Below are positions 9,441 to 19,000 of a DNA stretch of 64,000 nt, piece by piece. Origin of the DNA: Takakia lepidozioides (Eukaryota; Plantae; Bryophyta); NCBI GenBank assembly GCA_030704615.1, contig CM060734.1:11346001-11410000 (forward strand), given 5' to 3'. The position numbers and the translations under genes were made by a program. The stretch's first letter is position 1, and every line of letters starts with the position of its first letter. A model generated the notes under the pieces. The model did no database searches. It was not told where the DNA came from and saw only the letters and a list, made by a program, of their open reading frames with translations.

Positions 9441-12400
9441 TTAATCTTGAAAATCATCCGAATCCTCATCCTGTTCTAGACTGTCCTGCTCCGCCTCCAC
9501 CCCCTCATTGCCTTTCTCATCTCCAGCGGACTGCTCGTTGGCCAGGCTTTCAAAAATCCCATCTTCTCCTTGCGGAACTGTCCATCTCACCTCCGTTGGG
9601 TCGTCTTCCTCCCTGTCTACGTCGCTCTCATCCGCTGAATCACATATGTACTTTCGTACTCCGTCTACCTGTCTGAGCTGCTGCCAACTCTTTCCTTATC
9701 CTTCTGTCCTCCCTAGCCCTCTCCAAAATCTGCTCTACTTTACTGGGATTCTCACTTCTTCTAATTGCTGTATTTGCGAGTTTAGCTGCATAACTAGGAA
9801 GGGAGTAGTCCCTCACCGGGCTCGTCATGAAGTCGGCCTTCGCAAAGAACGGGACATTCTTCCTGGCAGGAAGTGTAGGCCCTACATGTTTCGACCCGGA
9901 CCCTGCAATCCTGCACATGACAATCATCAACGAGACTAATGAGAACCACAGTCCGGAAATTCGTTTGACAAAAATGACCCAGAAGGCTTTGCAAACTTAC
10001 AATGTTTGCACTCACTCGTATTCCGGGTTCTCCTCCGCATCAATGTCCACTGTGTCTTCCTCGGACTCCGACGAATCCGAGGAGACTTCCGCTCTGTTGG
10101 GAGCCTTAACATTTCGTTGCAGCCCTTCCAGATGGGATCCCCACACGGATGAATCCTCCTCGTAGGCAAAGAGGTGCCGGTCGGAAAACCGCCCAGCCCA
10201 CATTGAGGCACCTGTTACAATGCCATCCACACATTACAACATGGCGCTTCAGATGTTGCGAACTACATCCTAACGAGAATTTGCAGAACAGCATAGATCA
10301 AGATTCTGCATACCCGTCCCACAGATGAGGTCGAGCACTGTGCCCTCCACGTCTGTGCATGTCTCCATAATTGTCTGAATGAAGGCAGGGCTCCGAGTCC
10401 GTGAGTACCGCAGGGGTTCCGTTGAAGTGAGGCTATGAGGGAGAAGTTCCTTGGGAACGTTGTTGAACAAAACGTCGTAATCGAGGGGGTCGCAGTTCGG
10501 GTCAACCTTTCCTCCCTCCTTCCGGAAAGCAAAGGTGGAGTTCTCCTTCACAAAGCAGTATGCATCGAACTGCTTCGTCTGCATACACAGGGGGGAACGA
10601 TTAGAAACCGAATGCGGCACCGCATTTGAAAACACCCAAGCAAATGAATGGACGAGTGCCAGTGTCGTAATCACCTTCTTCCCTTCCGACCGAAGGCCCA
10701 GTGTGTTGATGCACGTCCACTTCTTTTTCAGAATTGGGACGGCGCTCTTGCGGGTCCACTTCGCAATTCCTGTCTGAGTGTTTTTTCCTCTGCTCGCCAG
10801 GACAACCACACAGCCTCTGTCGTCCAACACCATGCGAGCAAGCCCGAATCCTTTCTTCCAAAAGTCCTCCGAGTACCTGTTCCAAGATGGCAAAGCTTGC
10901 AGTCCTTCCACAGGCTCTCCGTCCGGAATATCCAAGATGATCATATCGCAAGACCACTCGGTGGCATTTCCGCCCCTCCTACAATCCTTGTCTGCACACA
11001 CCCTCTCAAAGAACGAGACCATATTCTGAAATCCTGGGGTGTCAGAAGGCTCTTCGGCAATCGCCTTCTTCAGTGCTCTGCCCTTCAGACCCTCCATGGT
11101 CTTCATGTATGCCAACTTGGCTGCCCGTCCATCCAAAGCCGCCAAGAAACTCTCATTTACACACTAGACTACTGTTTCGGGAGCCGCTTTCGGCCTCTTC
11201 ATTTCCACCGGCTCGAAAGGGTGCCCCCCCGGGGGGTTGAAGAGTGCCTTCTTTGCCGAGCCAGTTCTCGTGCCTCTCGTGACAATGGTGGGCACAGGGG
11301 AGGCAGCCTGCGTTTGGGGGGGTGGGATGGTTGCAAAGTCTCCATCGGAGTCCTCTTCCTCACCCTCTTCCTGAACAGGCTGTTTCTGCTTCTTCGTTTT
11401 GGCGGGTGTCACAACAGCTGCTCCTTGCTGGCGAGTCCTCTTCTTCGACCCCTTCTGTTAGGCCTGCACAGCTGCATCCACCATCTTTTGTGCCATCTCA
11501 GCTGCCTTTCTGGATTCTTCCAGAGCAGCAGATTCATTTGCCGACTTTGGCCCAGCAGGGACACGTCTTTCCTTTCTCTTCTCTTTTGCCAAGGCGTGCA
11601 GATCTTTCTCAGACTCGTCAACAATACCGCCAGACATATCCAGGTACCAGGGGCATCCAACGAGATGCGCGGGATGCCATTGTTTCTACATCTCGGGTGT
11701 GTAGACACAGCTTGGGCCCGCCACGGTCCAAGCCATGAAGAACGGGGGCTCTTGAGCCAGGGCCCCTGTCTGAAGGAGCACGTATTTCATATACCTGCAA
11801 GGCAGTCAGCATGCGTGAGCATAAGATTGGACGAACCTACTCGCAGAGTGCCACCGAAAACATAAAATGCGAATGCGGTGCCGCATTTCGGAGACAAACC
11901 TCGTAACCAGGCTTCGCATACAAGGGCAGCTGTGCTTCACCTGTAAACAATTCGCATTGCAGCTTTCCCCGCTCCCTCCTGATGTGTAAACTCCACGCTC
12001 CTTCTTGCTGTCTGTAGCTCTCTGGCGAAAAGGTTGTCCTTGTACGCACATCTGAAACGTGTCACGTAGTCTTACAATGTCTGTGTTCCATCCCATTTGA
12101 CGTACAAGCCGAACGAATTTGTGTGCATTACGACTTGCTCCTTCGCATTCAACATTACCTACGATTCCCAAATGCATTGTCACGTAGCAGTTCAGGGAAT
12201 TCATTTCAGAAAAGCAAATCTGGGGAAGTACCTTGAATTACCTGGAACCACCAAGTCATGCGGTTGAGCCACACATCCACTGCAGGGTCGGAAACTTCCA
12301 GTGGAAAAGACCACATTGTCCTTATACTCTCGGATGCATTCCAGATCGACAGCCACCGTGTCTGCCATTTCCGATCCAATGTCAGGAGCTGGAAGAGAGT

Positions 12401-14565
12401 GGCTATTGCTAGGAAGGAACTTCAGTGCATTGAAACCTCACCTTCTCTTTCGCCTCAACACATGCCGTTGAGAGGTGATGCAGTTTCTCCAATTGCATGG
12501 TCGGCTGCATGGCCCGAGAATAGTGTTTTGCAATCTCGGGGATGAAGTCCTTTCCAAGTGCCGGATCTGCAATTGCCACCAGCTTCACAAGCTTTGACTT
12601 GTATTTGGTTCTGGACTTGACACCGGCTTCCTTCAAGTGCTCAGTCAATGACTGCAATGTTTTCACCTGCCCCTCACTTTCCATGAAGAAGCGTTTGGCA
12701 TGGGCCAAATCCAGCTTGATGTTTGACTGCCAACAAAAACATGTAGAAGCGTTACATTCGATTCATGTGGAAAGATTACTGGAAATTGGGGAAGGATGAG
12801 CAGAGGGAAATCGGAGGACGACTTACTTCGTATATCACCTCCACCATTCCATCCATAGTGAGACGATACCATGTCCGGTCTGTTTTTGCAACGGCTTTCT
12901 GAATGAGCTCGGGCTCCAGCATTTCCGCAAACATCTGCTGATCAGTGAGACCAGTTTTCCTCACCCTGTACAGCATATGTGCCATGTGGGTATGCACGTA
13001 TGCATTCTCAGTGACCCTGCAAGGCACACTCTCCAGTTCAGTACACGGAAGCACGGAAACAAACCAGATTGGAAACCGAAATGCGGCACCGCATTTCGAA
13101 CGTGCTAGGGAGGGTATGAGTATCTTACGAGTTGAGGTCCGCCATGGCATTCTTGAGCAGGGAAGAGTCTGCCGCCTTCACCTTGAGGATGACACACTCC
13201 ACCATGTAATGCCAGCCAATGTGCTTGGCATGGTTCTGCTTGATGTACTCCCACCAGGCAAGAAGTCAGTGATTCCCGTCCCACACAAAGAACATTTTAC
13301 CCGACATGTGGCCGAAGTCTGGATCACCCTTCAGCGTCGCCTCGAATTCGTGGTTGCGAGTGTGCCAGTGGATATCCCACATTGACAATTCATCGGCAGT
13401 GGGTCCACAAGTTTCGCCGTCCTCATTCTCAATGGAAACGTAAAACGCTGCCGATCCCAGACGGTACCCTTCTCGAAATGCGAACTTGAGCTTATCCACA
13501 TCTCCGGGAAGGGCCTGCCTGACGATGGGAAGGGAGACCATGCGACAGAGTGGGATTCGAAGAGTCCGCTGAAATACCCTGCTGCCCAGAACTCTGCCAA
13601 TGCTACTGTGTGTCTCCTCCAACATTTTATCCGCTGCACTTTTGAAATCCTCCGGAGACATGTCTGTAGGTGCCGGTAGTGGCTGAGCAGCTGGAGCATC
13701 CTCAACTGGAGCTGCACTCTGGGGCCTGTCTGCGGGCAATTCTGCCATTGCAGAGGCCTCCTCCGGGCCTGCTTGCTCATCGGTGGTGAGGTCTTGCTGC
13801 GAACGTTGAGCGGCAGCACCCTCCTCCGGTACCAAATCGACAGAAACGGTCGATCCCATTGCCTTCGCTGCAGCAGAGTCGGCCCCAACATCTGCAGGCG
13901 GGAAATCCTCCAGGAACTGAGCTTCAGCTCGTGGAAGCGGTTTCGCGGGAGATTGTTCGGCCGTCGCCCTGATTGCCTTCTGTTTCCTCATCCTTGCAGG
14001 TGAAGGTGTCTGCTGCAATTGAATCTGTCTTTTACCAGGCTGCTTCATTCGCGTTGGTGGGGGTGAAGCGGCCTGAGCCGGTTCAGAAACCAGTAGAGGG
14101 ACGGGCTGCTTCTTCTTCGACTTTGCTGGAGAAGGGCCCGACCCCTGCTGGCGATTCTCCATGACCGAAGAACGCGAGTCGATCTCTGGGGCTTTGAACT
14201 TGCCCTTCGAAGCCGCGTCTTTGAAACGCATAGGGCTAGGCCCGGCAGGAATACCCGCGCTCGGGGATCGGGTGGGTGTACGTGCTGCAGCTAGCTCCTC
14301 GGACTCTTCCTGCGGCTCTTCGGATTCCTGCGATCCCTCCAGCACGTCCACCTTTCCTGTTAGGCATGCAAACATGTTCTGCATTCAAATCTCCTAGCAT
14401 TCAGTCTAAGAATTACAGAAGCAAAATGGGGGGTTCGGTGCTCGATCAGCTGCGCGCAGCCCGATCGCATGGAGCTCTCACTGGTGGCTGGGTTGCCTGA
14501 GTGGCCTGCTGCTCGGAGATGGCAATCTCCTCCTGTAGACGCATCTGCTTCCTCCCCTTCGGCAT
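9441..14565 (-). pseudogene. Multi-exon gene: ParB/Srx-like domain fused to a beta-class N4C/N6A DNA-methyltransferase-like domain; disabled copy
   Basis: Putative start MPKGRKQ at 14565. ParB-like core 'RIPLCRMV...VRQAL..DVDKLKFAFREGY...FFVWDGNH*LLAW'. MTase motif IV-like 'DMIILDIPDG' precedes the spliced motif I/II 'VLDLICGTG/ASMWAGRFSDRHLFAYEED' (intron 10212-10313). GT-AG introns, e.g. 13017-13128 and 12727-12826. Acidic tail ends at TAA 9441. In-frame TGA at 13266 and apparent frameshifts. Confidence 0.78.
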
Positions 14566-15003
14566 TGGCCTACGTCCGAAGTATAATTTTCGGAGCTTGC
14601 GACGAGGTCTCCTGTATGGTGCACGAACTCCCCCCCTCTCAGGTTCGAGCATAAGAAGAACAGAGACAGGGAAAAGGGGCAAAGAGTGCAGATGGAAAGG
14701 GCGCGAGAGGGGTGACTGAGGAGACACGACAAAAGTAGATGAAATGGCGGTGATGCACCACTTGGGTTCGAAAGGGTTGGACGAAAGTGTCTCCTCGTGG
14801 ACTTTGCGTCATTACGAAATTCGAATCGTTCAGGGTACGCCTGCCGTCCGAAAAACAGACATCATTATCCAACGGTCAGGCCGCGCCGCCTCATGCCACT
14901 TCAGTCAGATAGAGTGCAGACATGTGCCGCAATTCCGTTGCTCCACGTGTTCACATTTCAAGGCATTTCCGTCCCAGCGTCTTATGAGTTGGAGTGAAAA
15001 TGC

Positions 15004-16604
15004 GAATGCGGCACCGCATTTCCGTTAAGTACCATCACGAAGCTACACATCCGTACTTGTTGGAAGAAAATGCGGCACCACATTTCCGTTCCACCTTCAC
15101 ATACCTTAGTTGTTGAACTATACGGTGCCGCATTTCCGTCCCACATCTCCATGTATGAGATACAAAAGGGAAATGCGGCGCCGCATTTCCGTTCAGGAAT
15201 GTCGAAAGGTGCGATTCGGACGGAAATGTGGCACGACATTTCAGTTCTCGTGGTTCATGATTTTCAATCTGAATCGAAATACGGTACCGCATTTCCGTTC
15301 CCCCTTCACATACCTTAGTTGATGAACGGAAATGCCGTTCCACATTTCCGTTCGGGAAAGTATAGAGGTCTCACCTGAACAGAAATGCGGTGCCGCATTT
15401 CCTGTCTGGAAAGTTTGAAGGTCTCACATGGATGGAAATGCGGCACCACATTTCCGTCCCACAGCTCCAGGCCTCGTATACAAAACGGAAATGCGGCGCC
15501 GCATTTCCGTTCGAGAATGTCGGAAGGTGCGATTCGGACGGAAATGCGGAGCCGCATTTCTGTTCCCGTTGTTCACGATTTTCAGTCAGAACGGAAATGC
15601 GGTACCGCATTTCCGTTCTGTAGAGTATTAAGGTCTGACCCTGGCGGAAATGCGGTATCGCATTTCCGTTCTGTAGAGTATTAAGGTCTGACCCTGGCGG
15701 AAATGCGGTGCCGCATTTTCGTTCCACAGCTCCATGCCTCACATACAAAACGGTAATGCGGCGCCGCATTTCCGTTTTGGAATGTCGGAAGGTGCGACTC
15801 CGACGGAAATGCGGTACCGCATTTCAGTTCCGATGTTTCACGATTTTTCATCAGAACGGAAATGCGGTGCCACATTTGCGTTCTGGAATGTTGGGATGTG
15901 CGACTCGGATGGAAATGCGCTGCCGCATTTCAGTTCCGATGGTTCACGATTTTCAGTCAGAACGGAAATGCGGCACCGCATTTCCGTTCTGGATAGTATG
16001 AATGTCTCAACCGGTCGGAATTGCACTCGGCTCCATGCATCAGATACAAAATGGAAATGCGGCGCCGCATTTCCGTTCTGGAATGTCGGAAAGTGCGACT
16101 CGGACGGAAATGCGGTGCCGCATTTCTATTCCCGTTGTTCATAATTCTCAATCAGAACGGAAATGCGGTACCGCATTTCCGTTCCACCTTCACATACCGT
16201 GCTTGCTGGATGGAAATGCGTTACCGCATTTCCATTCTGGAGAGTGTTAAGGTCTCACCCGGACGGATATGCGGTGCCGCATTTCCGTTCTAGAATGTCG
16301 GAAAGTGCGACTCGGACGGAAATGCGGTGCCGCATTTCTGTTCCCTTTGTTCATGATTCTCAATCAGAACGGAAATGCGGTACCGCATTTCCGTTCCACC
16401 TTCACATACCGTGCTTGCTGGATGGAAATGCGTTACCGCATTTCCGTACCACCTTCACATACCGTGCTTGCTGGATGGAAATGCGTTACCGCATTTCCGT
16501 TCTGGAGAGTATAAAGGTTTCCCCCGGACGAAAACTCGGTGCCGCATTTCCGTCGCTCTGGTGCATGACCAAGATGCAATACAGAAATGCGGCGCCGTAT
16601 TTCC
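15004..16604. repeat. Array of ~30 22-bp palindromes with 31-bp spacers (53-bp period) and higher-order structure
   Basis: Repeat starts step by 53 bp: 15116, 15169, 15222, 15275 ... 15964, then one truncated unit at 16017, then 16053, 16106 ... 16583. The first two units (15004, 15066) are irregularly spaced. A perfect 34-bp palindrome spans 15587-15620. Confidence 0.97.
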
Positions 16605-17021
16605 GTCCACCAGCAATCGAAAGAATCACTCGGGACGGGAAATCTGGAACATGAATGGGTTGCATTGTTCCAAAACAACACAATTGCGGCCAGTCTTGAT
16701 GAGCACAACTTGGTTGTCTGACAGTTTTAACTAACAGTACTGGCACTTGTCAGTGCGAACGTTCCTGTCTGCACCGAGAATACTGTTGGATCCACCCTCA
16801 GGAGAAACTGTCAGAAGATGTTATTTCGTCGCCGAATCCGCCATCATTGTCATACTTACTGGCTATGGAATCACACCTCCCACCTTCATGCATGTAGCTT
16901 GAAACAATACTTTCCACTTCAATGTGCGACTTCCAATCGTCGATGGACTCCGCATGGTGCCTGTGAGCCTTGGTCTGTCGCTATACTGAACCTCGCACTT
17001 GCCAACTTCGTGCGGTGTTCG

Positions 17022-17648
17022 ATGGCTCCGAATTCCTACGCTATAGTTTGTTGTCCTCCGCAACTTGGGAGAGCCTGGATCCCAAACGAGGGAGGACTTT
17101 GCAGAGTGACTGAAACTTACCTTTGTTCCAAATTCAAGCTCAAACCGGGCACAGTTTATTTGGAAGAAGAAAGGAAGGATGTTCCTGGACAGGTTGACGA
17201 GACCATTGTCGTGCTAGGTAACGACGGAGGTTGCGGAATCGAATGGCACGTACCCCCATCAGACACCATCCTGTACCGAGCTGTGGGAATGCCCATTCCC
17301 TTTCCGAATCAGTCGCTGCCCACACCATCCACAAAGGAGTCCGGAAACCGACAGGCGGCCACTGCCAACAGAGAGGTATGCAATGATAATCATTCCCGAC
17401 CTGGACCGTCAAGACCCTCCATAGCTTCTCGTGTGGACGTATTCGACATTTCCGACGAGGAAGATGATTGCATTGAGGTACCCATGTCCTCCACACGGTC
17501 GTTCAAATCCGGCATGGACGTCTCTGTAGGTGCTACGCATGTGCCCTCGAGCATAACTCCAACCCGGTCCATTGTGCAGCTCCTACGACAACATCACCTC
17601 GATGGTTCTCGCTCTGAGCTGGCTGCTCTCGGTTGCCCATCCAAATGA
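17022..17648 (+). pseudogene. 5' part of an uncharacterised ORF divergent from the ParB/MTase gene, cut by a repeat insertion (possible transposase N-terminus)
   Basis: ATG 17022 (MAPNSYAIVCC), a globular-looking ~90 aa, an acidic linker 'VFDISDEEDD', then 'SIVQLLRQ...GSRSEL'. The stop is supplied by the repeat starting at about 17630. Confidence 0.45.
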
Positions 17649-19000
17649 TGGTCGTTTGTTTCAATCTTTGCCACTATATTCAACATACCATGTATCAGGT
17701 CCCAGACTAATATGAGATCATTTAAAATTCATTCCATGGCTCAATGGATGGTTGGCCATCGAAATGATTTTGGTTCGCTTTGAGACTTGGCCAGTACGTT
17801 CAATGTACCATCTCAGAGGTCTGAGAGTAATATGAGATGGAACGAAATTTGTTTAATGGGCCAACGGATGATTGCTCATCCAAATGATTTTCGTTCGCTT
17901 CAAGACTTGGCCAGCATGTTCAACGTACCATCTGACAGGCCCAGAGTAATATGAGATCAATCAAAATTTGTTCAATGGGCCAATGAGGCATTCACCTATG
18001 AGGAAAATTTGGTTCGCTGCGAAAAAAAAATCTTGCAATGCGACTATTGCACCCATTGAACGGATGTGGTTGAAGCCCATGTTTTGCCCGCATATGCTTG
18101 AACATGTGTGCGATACATGTGCAGAGACCCAATAGAAGACAAAATCATTTGCCTCCCCATCGATGAGCTCAGCCCTCAACCCATTCGAGAATTTAATTGA
18201 ATTTAAATGAATTTGAAGCCAATAATTAGGTTTACACTGCCTTTCATTGGGGGTTTCTGCCACGTATCGATTTTATTGTTGGCTCAATTTTGTTCTGCGG
18301 CTTCAAGCCTCCCACCGCTACATCTCTGCCAAAATTTGGACCAATAAACAAATGTTCTCTTCGCTCACTATTGCAGAACTCTCTATGAAGAGTGCATGAA
18401 GTAGAACAGAAATCAAGTTTGGAGTGCCCAATAGGGAAGAAACTGTGGTTTTGGGCCCAAACAAATTATGTTCGCTCCCAAATTTGGCACGCACGTTGCA
18501 TATGGAGTCATTACACATACGGTTCAAAAATGGAATGAAAAAAAAATCATGAGCACGCAAAACGCAATCCAACAGGTCCCATAGTAATTAGCAGATCCAA
18601 CATAATTCATTCAACGGGTGAACGGATGGTTGCCCATCCAAATCATTTTTGTTTGCTTTCAAACTTTGCCAGTACGTGCGGGACACCCTCTCACAGGTCC
18701 CGGACTTATATGAAATCAATCAAAATTCATTTGATGGCTCAATGGATGGTTGCCCATCAAAATGATTTTGGGTTCGCTTTGAGACTTGGCCAATATGTTC
18801 AATGTACCATCTAAGAGGTCCCAGAGTAATGAGATGAAATGAAATTTGTTCAATGGGCCAATGGATGGTTGCCCATCCAAATGATTTTCGTTCGCTTCGA
18901 GACTTGGCCAGCATATTCAACGTACCATCTAATAGGCCCCAGAGTAATATGAGATCAATCAAAATTCGTTCAATGGGCCAATGAGGCGTTCACCTGTGAG
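17630..19000 (-). repeat. ~1.4 tandem units of a ~1-kb repeat family, with ~120-bp internal subrepeats
   Basis: GTTGCCCATCCAAAT recurs at about 17632 and 18629. The block is the reverse complement of sequence at 33340-35160. Confidence 0.9.

Larger units (their letters stand above)
8996..17632. mobile_element. Large element defined by the GGAAATGCGG-YR-CCGCATTTCC palindrome, carrying a ParB/MTase gene, a repeat array and a divergent ORF; right side truncated
   Basis: I found the palindrome only between about 9000 and 16610. The element lies inside a TE nest. Termini and TSD were not identified, so TE status is inferred. Confidence 0.55.

Noticed and set aside
10648-11865. 405-aa plus-strand ORF
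   Set aside because: It is the antisense shadow of the minus-strand ParB/MTase gene and has no recognisable motif.
9441-14565. Bacterial or phage contamination as the source of the ParB/MTase gene
   Set aside because: The gene has several GT-AG introns, one splitting the SAM-binding motif, and is embedded among plant TEs.
15004-16604. CRISPR array
   Set aside because: Spacers recur in about five classes with higher-order duplication instead of being unique. There are no cas genes, the context is eukaryotic, and the same palindrome occurs singly in introns.
14982-16746. Dozens of overlapping ORFs with KCGAAFP/MRHRIS/GNAAPHF peptides
   Set aside because: These are translation artefacts of the palindromic repeat on both strands.
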